Shown here in pieces: positions 42,478 through 54,718 of a DNA stretch of 64,000 bases. Origin of the DNA: Camelus ferus (Eukaryota); the NCBI RefSeq assembly GCF_009834535.1, contig NC_045697.1, positions 63,800,001 to 63,864,000 on the forward strand, written 5' to 3'. A program made the translations under genes and the position numbers. The notes under the pieces are model-generated. The model had not been told where the DNA came from and did no database searches. It saw nothing but the letters and a program-made list of their open reading frames with translations. The number at the start of each line of letters is the position of its first letter. Positions within the stretch are counted from its first letter, which is position 1.

Positions 42478-42900
42478 AATAACTTGCATTTTTAAAGCAC
42501 TTTAGTTTGTTTTAATTAATGTCTCATATTACAACACTCGATTGTTTTTTCAATCCTGTGATACAAAGTAGGCATTATAATCTGCATTTAAAGTGAAGTT
42601 ATTGAAGCTCAAAGAGATTGTGATTATTTAAAATCATACAGATAATTAGTTGCACATATAAGTAACTGCCCTCAAATTTATTCATTGACTACTTATTATA
42701 TGACAGGCCCTATGCTGATATGCAAAAATAAATCCATCATGCTTATATATACAGTCCTTACTAAACACCAGATAATATTCCAAGCACTTTACAAATATAA
42801 TTCATTTAATCAATTTACAAATGAGAAAATGAGGTAGAGAGAGTTTAAATTGTCTAGCGTCACCAATATATTGAGAGAGACAAAATAAGAAACCATGTAT
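42478..42900 (-). mobile_element. Two adjacent MIR fragments
   Basis: aaagcacttt...gtaggcattataatc...gaagctcaaagagatt; caagcactttacaaat...tttacaaatgagaaaatgagg. Confidence 0.55.
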
Positions 42901-43844
42901 CCATAATCACAACACTATGTCTCTTCCATTACATAGGTCTAGGAAACAGGAACCTAAGAACTATTGCTGAAAATGATTTTAAATTCTGAAAAGATGGTGC
43001 AAATGAAATCTAAATTAAACTTGATACAAAAATTAATTGCACGTTGTAAGTAAAAAAGAGGTTTGGGAAAATTAAAAAAAGATTAAAGAAATTAAAAAAA
43101 TGAAAATATGAGGATAATTGAAAGCTATACAGCATTATTAGAAAAGTCTAGATGGAGGCAAGATTCTAAAGTATCATGATGGAAGTGAAATGCTCTATGA
43201 ATGTTATCTTAAAGATACATATTCAAGGGACTTGTTCTGTTATTTAAAAACAAAAATATAGCTTTCATGATTTTGTTTTAATTAAATATTTTGTATTGCA
43301 GTGAAATGGGATGCATATTTGTTCTCAAAGCATTGATGTGAGCCAGTTTTCTGACATTCATTTTCCTTACAGTCTTCAAAGAGGCTGTGATATTCACAAA
43401 GAGTTTGAGCCATACAAACATGATCAAGACCTTGGTATTCTTACAAAAGAGAGTTTGTTCAACTTAGAAACATTTGGGAAAAGAAGCAGTTGCAAAAAGA
43501 TTAAAAACAAAGAGCAAGGATAGTTGAGGGTTCAAATATGTTTATGCTTTCATGTATATTATTTGTCAGATTCACAGGGGCACAAACTTCAAAATTAATT
43601 CAGTTCACAGCAGGATTAACTTCTAGAGTTGATGTGTTTATACAGCAGTGCTGTGACCTCAGATCTTACACAATGTTGCTTTTAATCACCTTGGTAAGTT
43701 TACACTTTCACTGTAAAAATAATGACACTCTGAGTAAGAGTGAAGGGTATGAAAAGTATGCAGTAGAAAGCTACAGAGAAAAAGAGGTTAATAATCATCC
43801 AACAGCCTAAGATGCTGTTCTCTCTACCCATCACTCCCCCAGTG

Positions 43845-43870
43845 TACACACACACACACACACACCCACA
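43845..43870. repeat. (AC)n microsatellite
   Basis: acacacacacacacacacacacccaca. Confidence 0.9.
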
Positions 43871-44219
43871 TGTGAGCTCAGAGAAAGAAAAATATAGTTC
43901 TGTCTAGTACTTTTTACCTCACTGGAATTAATCATGCAAGTTATAACTACTATTTGTATAGATTTTGTGCTAAATCTTATATTAATCCTCTCAACCATTC
44001 TATAAGGGGAGACCTGCTAGTGTCTCACTGTGGAGATAAAGCAACCAAGCCTTAAAGTGATTAGTTGGCAGAGACAAGACTCTCCTCTGTGGGATTCAAA
44101 TTATTATGCTGTGGAAGAGGGTCCCTTGTTAAAAACCAATTTTCAAAACTGCTGTGGTTCATGGTCCTACTTCATGGTTTATATCATCTTGTGGCATTGT
44201 CCTAAAGACTCTCAAGAGT

Positions 44220-44400
44220 AATAGGCACTTTGTTAAATTTTGCTGCACATTAAAACCATTTATCTGGGAAGTTAAAAAAAAAAAAATTCCCATGCCTAGG
44301 TCACACCCCATACCAATTAAATCACAATTGTTGGAAGTTCTACCCAGGCATAAGATTTTTTTTTTTTTGGTAATTTTCCAGATGATTCCAGAATATAGTC
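44220..44400. mobile_element. MER5-like hAT MITE
   Basis: gctgcacatt...tctgggaa...atgcctaggtcacacccc...ccaattaaatca...tccagatgattc. Confidence 0.6.
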
Positions 44401-44769
44401 ATACCAGTCTTCTAGCTACCTTGCTCCCTACCATTAGTGCTTGTACAGTTTTTCTGTCACACCAACATAGTTATCCAGTCTCCACCCAGTCCAAATGTCC
44501 CTGGTATTAGCTTTGACTGTCAAAACAGTTCTTAGGTTAATTCAAAATCTGTCTTTCTTCCTTCCATCCTTTTGTGTTCATCCTGCCTCACTGGCATAAT
44601 GCAATTTTTATATCTGTTTTACATGTGACAATATATTGGAAGTCATTTTTTTAGTCCCCTGAGTTTTCACTTCTCCAGGATAATCCATTTATTTCTTTTA
44701 ACTGCTTCTCTTATGATATGACTTCAAATCTTATTATCCTAGTAACTTTCTTTTCACTAGACTCGTTGT

Positions 44770-45690
44770 CAGTATGGTATCTTGGAAAGAACTTGGATTT
44801 TAGAGTCATAATGCCTTTTGTTTACATTCCATACTGGCTACTTACTAGCCTTGTGGACTTGAAAAAGTTATTTAATTTTCTCAGCTTCCCTTCTGCCACA
44901 AATAATGCTACTTCATGAAATTTTTACGAATATAAAATGAGATCTTCAGAGTAGGAGTAAGATTCTTAGAAGCTCTGAGCACTGAAAATTTAGTGATTTA
45001 TCACAGTCCACTTCATCTCCCCAACATACATAATTCAAATGAAAATAATAATAAACCGACAATAAGAAAGGAATCCAATTAAATTCTAGGTATTTTTCCC
45101 TTCATTAATAATTGCTGATCTTTTAAAATCATTAACAGCAAATATACAATTCATTAAATACATATGCCCATTTCTTTGTACCTTCATTTTGCTGGTACTC
45201 CAAAGATATGTTTAACCTAACCCTGAATAACATAGGGCTAAAAAGTGCCCAGATGTCGTTCTGCTTGGTAAATTTGAGAACTGAGCAGATATGTATGACT
45301 TTAGACAAGTTGTTTAACCTCTTCCACAAACTTCAGTTTCCTACATTGTAAAATAAAGATAAGATATGCCTTGGGGATTATTGTAAAGATTGTGAAAATC
45401 TCAGAGGATTAAAATAAATGATGTATAGAAAGTGCTTATAAGTGATCACAAACAGTAGGTACAGTGTAGTAGGTAAAAACTTCAGCCGTGATGCTATCTT
45501 GAGTTGAAATCTTAGCTTAGAGTTTACTGGCTCTGAAACCTTGAGCAAATTATGTAATGTATGTGTCTTAGTTTACTTCTTAAAAAATGGGGATAAAAAT
45601 ACATCCACTGAGTAAGGTTTTTGTGAGTTTTAAATAACTGATGCTCTTAATACGTTTAGCACAAAATAAGGTTTCAATAATGTTCACTAT
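44770..45690 (+). mobile_element. Cluster of MIR fragments (~44770-44940, 45280-45460, 45470-45690)
   Basis: Repeated MIR cores: tgactttagacaagttgtttaacc...ttcagtttcc...tgtaaaat; accttgagcaaatta...aaaatggggataaaaata. Confidence 0.65.
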
Positions 45691-46344
45691 TATCATTACT
45701 AAAATAACAGTAATTTGTGTTAGGCATGCAAATATCTGGCACTTGGTAGGCATGCAAGGCATGATGGCATAATTTTCTTTTTAAGTGAGGGGCCCATAAT
45801 TGAACACATTACTGATATTTAGAAACTGCCTGCACATTGTAGCTACTCAATGAATGTATGTTGAGTGAATGAATGAATGTGGCCTGACTACAAAATAGGA
45901 AGGGATTATATCTGTTAGAACTTTCCTCCTTGTAGGTATAAATTCATAGTTCTAATTAATATAACCTAATGCATTTGTATTTCATTCTCTCCAAATGACC
46001 TAAATTCCAATTAATTTTTAAAATTTAAAAAATTGGAAAGCTCTTTATTTTATTTGGAAAATAATCTATTCTTACTTATTTTTATTTGTATTATTTTTAT
46101 GAATTTCTAGTCATACTTCTGATTTTCTTACTTTGCCTGAACTGGACAGTACTGTAAGAGAAAACTTTCAAAAACATTTCTAATCTAACTCAGTATTATA
46201 TAACATATGATTATTAAATTTCAATCCCTGTGATTCAAGCTTGAGGCTCTTATTACATGGAAAAAAAAAAAAAAAAAAAGAGGTGCTTAATTTCTCAGTT
46301 TAGCTCAGCTTAGCACAACCTGAATCCCTTAACTTCAAACTCAC

Positions 46345-46500
46345 TTGCTCTAGTAATTATTGACACTTAGGCCTTCTGCAAGTCATTTCTGCACTCTGGG
46401 CCTTTACATTGTCATCTGTTAAATGGGGATAATATTACCTAGCTCATGAAGGTATTTTAAGAAACAGGTGAGGTGACGTATTTGAAAATACCTGGGATAT
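46345..46500 (+). mobile_element. MIR SINE
   Basis: caagtcattt...ctctgggcct...tcatctgttaaatggggataatattacctagctca. Confidence 0.7.
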
Positions 46501-48438
46501 GCAATGTACACACATACATGACAACTACATGTGTGTGTGTTCAGACAGAGAGAGCGAAAGAGAGTGACACTTAGTGCTTACTCAAGTATATTCTAGACAA
46601 AAGGCAATCAAATGCCCAAAATTCAGAGATTTGCTTCAATAATTTGAGCACTCTGACAGTGACTATTTTAGAATGCTTATTTTCTTGAAATATGACTTGT
46701 ATTAGATTAAGGTACTTGCATTTTCTACTTGTAACAGGCCAGAGGAGGTTAATTTTAATTATAATATTCTGCACTTAAATTTTGATAGCCTACTGCCAAA
46801 TTTTAAAATTAAGATTTATTCATTTTGCTTTATCTGCCAACAGTAAAATCTAAAATTATTGGTTTTCCTAAATAGATACCACTTGAAAGTTATATTACAT
46901 AGTGAGCGACAGAATGCAAAATATTTCAAGGGGCACTGAGTTCTGTAACATAACTGACCCCCACTTTGATAGTTATTATCCTGGTGCACATCTCTGACAG
47001 AGCCCCTTAGCTGTCTAACTTTTCTTCTACTTTTCTACTTTATAAGCCAAGATGTCATTTGGTATATGTCAAAATGGTGCTAAATATTAGGCACTAGAAG
47101 ATTTGAAAACTAATATCTATAGAAGGAAAGTAGAAAACTTGGGGTATTTTAGTTTGAAAAACAGAGTGGGATAGAAAAATGATAATGACTATTAAAATTG
47201 AATAATGTTTTTAGAACAAATAAATACTGGAAAAATTGTGATTCCATATTAGGAGTTTCGAGAGAGAAAGTCTTCTAAAAAAAAAAAAAACCTTAATATG
47301 TGTACGATATATATAGACATGATGATACATTATTTAAAAATCTGTGCTGAGTGTCAAAATAAGAGGACAGCTGGACCCAACTCAATCCATTTCACAGGAA
47401 TATTGCCTGTCTCCAATATAAAGTATGTTTCTATTTTTTTTAAAGTGAGTAAATTGGGGAAACAGGGAAACAATTACATAACCATGTACCAAACCATAAA
47501 TATGCTCCCTACTGATTTTAACACACCACCAGGATGAAAAACTAATGAAGGGCAAGCAAGAGAGTGCCTGGTAATTTTCCTAAAGCACATTTGTATTGCA
47601 TTTATAGAATATCTTCCAGGAGAGCACACGTTATTTTTTATTAACAGAGAGCTATAAGGAAAAAGTGCTGCTATCTTTTTTTTTTTTTTTTGAGAATTTA
47701 AATGTTACCCACAGTTTTATTATTTTATTCCTGAAACGTTTTAATGAAATACTATAAAGAGAATATAATATATTTGAATGCATATAGATATCTGTATATT
47801 TCTAACATTCTTTTTCTACATTTCTTTCTGTTCCTTGGCTAAAATGACTTAAGTCAAAATTAGCTATCATAGCATGTGAACTGATATTTCTTGATTTCAA
47901 TCTTACTAGACCATGTTGACTGAAAAAAAACACAATCTAAAAGTTGAGAGTTATGTTTTATTTGAGGACCCATAAGAAAGAAATGTCAGTGTAAATTAAT
48001 GACATTTTCTTAGAGATCTCAGTAGAATTTTCAGTAGCTACTGACTTCAACTTTTCACCCATGAGAGAAATGACAGATTAATTTTATCTACCAAATACTA
48101 AAATCTGTTATTGGTCTTTCTTTTTTTTTTTTAAACATTTTTTATTGAGTAATAGTCATTTTACAATCTGTCAAATTCTAATGTAGAGCACAAATTTTCA
48201 GTTATATATGAACATATATATATTCATTGTCACATTTTTTTTTTTTTTGCTATGAGCTACCACAAGATCTTGTTTATATTTCCCTGTGCTATACAGTATA
48301 ATCATGTTTATCTATTCTGCATTTTAAAACCCCAGTCTGTCCCTTCCCACCCCCCACCCCCTTGGCAACCACAAGTTTGTATTCTATGTCTATGAGTGTG
48401 TTTCTGTTTTGTATTTATGCTTTGTTTGGTTTTGTTTT

Positions 48439-48807
48439 TTAGATTCCTCATATGAGCAATCTCATATGGTATTTTTCTTTCTCTTTCTGGCTTACTTCAC
48501 TTAGAATGACATTCTCCAAGAACATCCATGTTGCTGCAAATGGTATTATGTTGTCAGTTTTTATGGCTGAATAGTATTCCATCGTATAAATATACCACCA
48601 CTTCTTTATCCAGTCATCTGTTGATGGACATTTAAGCTGTTTCTATGTCTTGGCTATTGTAAATAGTGCTGCTATGAACATTGGGGTGCAGGTATCATTT
48701 TGAAGTAGGGTTCCTTCTGGATTTATGCCCAGGAGTGGGATTCCTGGGTCATATGGTAAATCTATTCCTAGTCTTCTGAGGAATCTCCATACTGTTTTCC
48801 ACAATGG
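48439..48807 (-). pseudogene. L1 ORF2 C-terminal remnant
   Basis: Manual translation: [32 protein letters not shown]...FTIAKT*KQLKCPSTDDWIKKWWYIYTMEYYSAIK...LSEVSQKEKEKYHMRLLI*GI*; two premature stops. Confidence 0.92.
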
Positions 48808-48950
48808 CTTTCCTTGCTTCCCTCTCCCACTCTTAATGATTTAGATGTCTTCTTTTACAATTTTGTGTTTATTCTTTTTGTAACTCATGGCCATTATCTC
48901 CTTTCCAGTTATGGGTTTCTCATTTTTGTAGCATCCTGCTTCTTTTCTAT

Positions 48951-49846
48951 TTAGAGTAGACCTGTCAATATTTCTTTTAGCATGGGTTTAGTGTTGCTAA
49001 ACTCTTAGTTTTTGCTTGTCTGTGAAGTTCTTTATCTCTCCTTCTATTCTAAAGGATAGCCCTGCTGGGTAGAGTATCCTAGGCTGCATCTTTTTTTCAT
49101 TCAGGACTTTGAATATATCTTGCCACTCCCTTCTGGCCTGTAGTGTTTGTGTAGAGAAATCAGCTGAGAGCCTTATGGGGGTTCCCTTGGAACTCACTCT
49201 TTGTTTTTCTCTTGCTGCCTTTAGGATCATTTCTTTATCCTTGACTCTGGCCATCTTGATTATAATGTCTTGGTGTGGGTCTATTTGGGTTCTTCCTGTT
49301 TGGGACCCTCTGAGCCTCCTGTACTTGGATATCTGATTCCTTTAGGTTTGGGAAGTTTTCAGTCATGATTTCTTCAAATACCTTTTCAATCCCCTTTGTT
49401 CTTTCTTCCCCTTCTGGAACCCCTATTATGCGTAGATTGGCATGCTTTATATTATCCCATAGCTCCCTTATATTGTTTTCATTGTTTTTTATTTGTTTTT
49501 CTTTCAGCTGTTCTGATTGGGTGCTTTCTGTTGTCCTGTCTTCTAGGTCACTTATTCGTTCCTCTGTATTATCTAGCCTGCTTTGTACAGCCTTTAGGTC
49601 AGATCTCATCTCAGCAAATGAGTTTATTAATTCTCCTTGGTTCTTCTTTATAGCTTCTATTTCATTTTTGACATATTTTATATCTCTCAACACTATTTCT
49701 TTTAGTTCCTTCAGTACTTTGATCACTCCTTTTTTGAAATCTTGATCTAGTAGGTCATCAATGTCTATTTCCTTGATCGTGTTTTCAGGGGACTTCTCTT
49801 GATCTTTTAATTGGGAGCGGTTCCTCTGCTTCTTCATATTGCTCAT
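48951..49846 (-). pseudogene. L1 ORF1p (coiled coil-RRM-CTD RNA chaperone), full length with two frameshifts
   Basis: ORF 49235..49846 (..SRLDNTEERISDLED..NLRIIGVPEGEE..ENFPNL..RPTPRH) + ORF 48997..49254 (ILKAAREK..IRLSADFS..ARREW..YPAGLSF). Restoring two 2-nt deletions (~49265, ~49005) gives 299 aa ending ..KEILTGLL* at 48951. Confidence 0.93.
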
Positions 49847-51179
49847 ATCTCTCTGGCACTGTGGCTTAAGGCGTATCAGTTATCTAGTTCTCCTGGAGAC
49901 GGTGTGCTCTTAATGATTTTATCGAGAGGTCTTTGTGTCTTCAGCCTGTTTCCTGAACTCAGCTTGCTGTTTCCAGAGGCCCTCTGTTGGTGCCCTCTTC
50001 TGTACTGCTCCCAGTGGCTGTCAGCTAGCAGATCACGCCCCCTCCCAACAATGGGTCAGGTGCTGAGCTCTTATCCGGTGGGTGGGCGGGTCACTCCCCC
50101 TCCCCCTCCCATGCCGCAGTCAGATGCTGCACTGGGGGAGGCAAGTAGGCAGATCGTGCCCTCTCCCAGCACTGTAGTCAGGTGCTGCGTTCCTGCCAGC
50201 AGGTTGCCGCCTGCTCCTTCCTGGCATTGGTCGCTCCACTGCTCTGTGCAGCTGCCCGCTCCGCCTCAGGTCAGCGTTCGGAAGGCGGGCTCGGGGATGA
50301 CTGCAGAACGGCCCCGCCTCTGCTCTGTGCCAAATCTCAGCTCCTTATTTGTCTTGGTGGCGTGAGTTCTCTGAGGTGCCAGGGTAGAAAGATCCTATCT
50401 GCCTCCGGCTGTAAACAAGTCTCAGTCCTGCCTGGGAGGTTGTGGAGCCCCCAGGTGCGGATTCAGGTCTAGGCCCCACCCCCGCCCCAGCACTGTGCAC
50501 AGGAGGATATGGCGGCTGTGGCTGAGCCCTGCCTCTCTTCTCACGAGAAGTGCCAGTAATGGTGGCGCAGGTCTGAGGAGACAAAGGCTATGACGCCCCT
50601 CCCTCCAGGGCACACCAGCCGTGTTGCTTTGCTTTTTTCACAATTTATGGGGGACTGAGGTTGTTCTGCTCCGTATCCCCTCCCAGCCACGGCATGCAGC
50701 TCCCTGCAGTCCCCCGGGGCTGCTTCAGTGCAGCCGCCCCAGTCCTCCTCCTGGCTCCGGCTGCCTGCCCCGGCCCCAGCTGCTGGCTCGCATCTTGGGC
50801 TGGGTGTTGCGGGGACCCTTTGTGCTTGTTTAACTCAGTTCTGTTGGTCAAGGGGTGCTTGGGGCAGATCTGAGCCTCAGAGGCTCCCCCTCCGTCCCAC
50901 TGCCCTCTCTGTTGGAGAGGGGAGACCCAGCGAACGGGTGCCAGTCCTCCTTTGCCACTCCCTCCCCGTGGGATCGATCCACACTGTTTTGCTTTTCCTT
51001 CCTTCTTTTTTCCTTTTTTCTACCAGATTTTTGGCATCTTTGTCTTTTGAAGAGGGTGATGTTCTGTCGGAGTTCAGCAGGTGCTCTGGTTGGCTGAGTG
51101 GGTCCGTAGTTGTGAGTTTTGGTGTATTTGTGGGAGAGGGTGAGCTACAAGTGTCCTACTCCGCCATCTTGCTTTTTCC
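49847..51179 (-). promoter_or_regulatory. L1 5' UTR internal Pol II promoter, GC/CpG-rich, with terminal YY1 site
   Basis: The only clearly GC-rich, CpG-retaining segment of the window (~50000-51000); CCGCCATCTTG at 51161-51171 is the YY1 motif typical of L1 5' ends. Confidence 0.85.
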
Positions 51180-52540
51180 CTGTTATTGGTCTTTGAAATA
51201 ACTCTTTTGGAATTGTGATTAGTTCAGAACTTTTTCACTAAAAGTAAACCATTATCTGTTGAATATATTATTGAGTATAGAAACAATTGAATGGAAAATT
51301 CAACTATTGAATAAACTATGCTTTAGTAGATAATTATTAACTTCTGTATATTGATATATACAAGATTGTCATTAATTTACTAACACAAGGATGTGAGGTA
51401 CTATGAATGAGAATTTTGCAGATAATTGAAGATTATCATGTAAGTAGCAGAAAATGAATTGTTCTGTTAGCATGTGCTCCCATCAGACTTTCTGCCTTAA
51501 AATGATTATTGGACATAATTCAACATTTGGGTGATCATTCCAGTCATAGGAGAACACCACTTACCTGCTCACTGAATTAGTTCAAATGTCACATTCCCTC
51601 TGGAAAACTGTGATGCTGATGCTGATGGGTATCTCTCCTCTTGGTCAGCTTACTTCTGACCATGAGTTGTTTGCCCCTAAACCTGTTTATTTTAGTTGTA
51701 ATTGTTATTTTAAATATTATTGTTATTAAGTGAACTAGTTAAAAATTAGGTGAACCAATAAAATAGGCAAGTGAAAAGGATGAGCAAACCAAGTTGAGTG
51801 TTTTCGAAAGTCTTGAAAACACTGGAAAATTTGGGAGAAATGAGTAAATTCATAGGAAAAAGATCAATATTCAAATTGCTTTTTAAGAAACACGATTCTT
51901 GGTTTATAGACTTTCTCCAGGAGCTGATAACTGGTCTTGATTTTGCCCAATCAGAAGGCATTGATTTAATGTATTTTATTACATGTTGTAGCCTAAGGAA
52001 GGCTATATTCTTTGGCTGTAAAATTGTGCTATGATACAATATCTTCCATACTACTTATGGATCATTTTACTTTCAGGTCCACATTTCTCTTATGCCTCTG
52101 AATATTTTGCATGCTCGTACTTGGAATGTTACTATACTGTCAATTTACAAACTTACTTAGGTATAGTTTGCATTTAGACATTCAAGACAAACTACAGATT
52201 TATCTCCTTCCTCTGTGCAGCCCACAATCAACTTTCTATTTTATTTAACAACCAGTCTGAATGTTATTTGGGAAAAGGATGAGTAGTTATAAAGGAGGAG
52301 GTGAACATAAGCTCATAGCAAACCTGAGAGTTAAGCAAAGGTTTTTTTTGAATTCTGCCATCATTGGATAAGCACTGAAGGTTTTTGATGAGTGTTTGTA
52401 TTTGTCAGGTGTGTGTTTTAGAATGATTAAATTAATCTCTTAGGTGATTAATCTCTTAAATGAATCTGTTTTTCATTAGTTTTTTTTGATCCTTTAATCT
52501 GTTGTGTTTTTTTTTTCCTGTTAAAAGCATATAGTTTATT

Positions 52541-52790
52541 GGGGAAAGGAAGGGGAGAGATAGATTAGGAATTTAGGAATAACAGATACACATTATTATA
52601 TATTAAATTGATAAACAACAAGGACCTACTGTATAGCACAGGGAGCTATATTTCATTTCTTGTAATGAGCTGCAATGGTAAAGAATCTGAAGCAAATATA
52701 TATATATATGTATATGTATAACTGAATTGCTTTGCTGTACACCTGAAACTACCATTGTAAATCGACTACACTTCAATAAAATAAGAATTA
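52541..52790 (+). mobile_element. Severely 5'-truncated L1 (3' UTR only) with TSD
   Basis: gataaacaacaaggacctactgtatagcacaggga...gctgtacacctgaaact...cttcaataaa; TSD AAAA(GCA/ACT)TATAGTTTAT at 52523-52539 and 52790-52806; TT|AAAA endonuclease site at 52521-52526. Confidence 0.9.
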
Positions 52791-54073
52791 AAAACTTATA
52801 GTTTATCGTAATTGGTACACCTGTGTTAAATGAGAAAACAATAAGTTTAAAGAGAACATTTAACTCTACCTCGACAAAAACAAATCTTTAATGGAGTGTT
52901 CTCAATATTAACTTATTTCCCTACTTCTGTAGTGTGTAGAGTACTGACATTGAAAAGATTTTAATTTGTATTGATAATAAAGGAACACACTGCCAGAAAG
53001 AGGATCTAAAATAATTAGAGGAACGCATGTCAAATCTTTCAGGCCCTCATATTAACACACAGTACATGCTGCTTCTTATTTTTGCAAATGTCAACCTTCT
53101 TCTTGATGTGTCTTTTGGGAAATGGTTCACTCCAATTCAAAGGCATATAATAAAAGAAAAGGGCTTAGGGCAATATTTAAGCAATGAAAGAAACACAGGA
53201 CATTTATGACTAGCTGGGAGGAACTGATTGCCTTTGGCTGTGCCTTGGGAAATCCCCAGGAAATACAGTAAGTTGTGATTACTATTATAAGTTAAAATGA
53301 TATAAAGCATGCAGAGGAATTTGTGTTTTCCTTGTGGGTGACTGCATTTCATCGTCTCAGTGTGCAGTTAGAGTTCATACCCACCTACTGTGTTTCTTAC
53401 TGAAGTACTAGCAGGAGATGTGTTATTGAAAACTGCAGAAGAGTAACTCTCAGGAGAATCAATTTAAAAAAAGAATTTAAAGCTAAGCACATGTAAGAAA
53501 ACATATTTTTCACATACTTCAATTAAATGCCTCATAAAACTAGTAGTGTTTAAAATTAACGATAACAAAATTTAAACTGCAAATATTTGTTAAAATATAT
53601 ATGTTAAATTTATTATACTGTGTATAACTATGGTAAAGAGACAATGTTAGAGATAGATTAAAAAAAAAAGGGCATTCCAGTTTAATTTTATTCCAGTTTA
53701 ATTTTCTCAGTGCAGTTTTATTGTGATTATTTTCTTAATAAAACTGTAAATGCCTTAGCTCTACCAGCATTATTTGGAAGCTATAAGGATGTGATTCATC
53801 ATTACCTTATAGGTTATTATCTCCGAGTTTCTACCAGGTTGTTGAGAACATAAAGGAAAGGTATCTCACAAATCTCTATTATTTTTTCCTTTTATTTATT
53901 TAAAAAATTATTTCTTTTTTCCCTTTATGGTAGTTAAGAGATCTAACACCAATTTCTACTTACTATATTGTCTCAGCTCTACTGCACTACCTTCAAATTT
54001 AAAACATGGCAAAAGAATTATTCTTGAAATAAGGTATAAAATGCTACCAGTAGGTATTCAGTCTTACGATTAC

Positions 54074-54718
54074 TGTTGCTGGTGATTAGGTTCTTGTCTC
54101 CTCGCAGGAAGAATTCAGAGACAGGATGCAGAGGTTAAGAAAGTGGGGATTTATTAAGGGATGGATACAACACTCTCAAGGGGAGAGCGGGCAGGCTCAG
54201 ATGAGTGGCTGCCCTGAGTTTCTTTGGCAAGTTGGTTACATAGGGTACAAAAATAAATGGGCGGAATATTCATTGCGGAGGGAAGGGTTTGGGGTCATAT
54301 TCCCTGATTTTCATCCCAGCTCCACCTTCCCAAAGGAAGGAAGGATTTATGTCCTTATTTAGTCTGGACTAGAAGTGTCATGGCGTCGGTCCATGATGGT
54401 TACTTCTCATCTGCAAGTCTAATTTTATTGAAATGAGGGCATAGTGAGTAAAAGGTTACATTCAGGCACTAGAGATTCCTGCCTTTTCCCACCTTTTTTT
54501 TGTAGGCCTTGATGGCAGTTGTCACCCCCAAAATGTGTGATTTCTTATCAGTCCAGAGTTTTCTGCTTTTCTTTGTCTGCCCAGGGACCCCTGTTGTTTG
54601 CATGATGTGTGGTTTCCTGCATTTGGCCCCGTGCCCCTCTCCTTTTTTGCCCAGTTCCTGCCATTTGGCCTGTGTCCCCCTTTCTCTGCTCATATCTAGC
54701 TATCTGCCTGCTCTAACA
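54074..54718 (-). mobile_element. ERV1-like solo LTR, copy B
   Basis: tgttgct...gctctaaca termini (TG..CA); minus-strand AATAAA at ~54150-54155; colinear with 41721-42366; no clean TSD. Confidence 0.88.

Larger units (their letters stand above)
48120..51179 (-). mobile_element. 5'-complete, internally deleted L1 (5' UTR + ORF1 + partial spacer + ORF2 tail + 3' UTR + poly-A)
   Basis: TSD CTGTTATTGGTCTTT at 48105-48119 and 51180-51194; T-run 48121-48132; minus-strand start GGAAAAAGCAAGATGGCGGAGTAGG; whole ORF1; only the last ~120 codons of ORF2. Confidence 0.96.

Noticed and set aside
49109..49745. Plus-strand Ser/Leu/Phe-rich ORFs
   Set aside because: Antisense shadows of the A-rich L1 ORF1.
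49811..51201. Long plus-strand ORFs (184 aa, 157 aa and others) antisense to the L1 5' UTR, as a possible ORF0 analogue
   Set aside because: Several overlapping ORFs in many frames are expected from stop-codon scarcity in GC-rich DNA; the products are low-complexity and unrecognisable.
53674..53705. Perfect 16-bp tandem duplication ATTCCAGTTTAATTTT (similar ones at ~19791-19820, ~52431-52458 and a 12-mer x3 at ~13614-13660)
   Set aside because: Ordinary slippage micro-duplications with no spacers or array structure; not CRISPR-like.
41721..54718. Full provirus bounded by the two related LTRs
   Set aside because: Copy A has its own TSD, the outer flanks do not match, and the interval has ancient MIRs but no gag/pol/env or primer-binding site that I could see.
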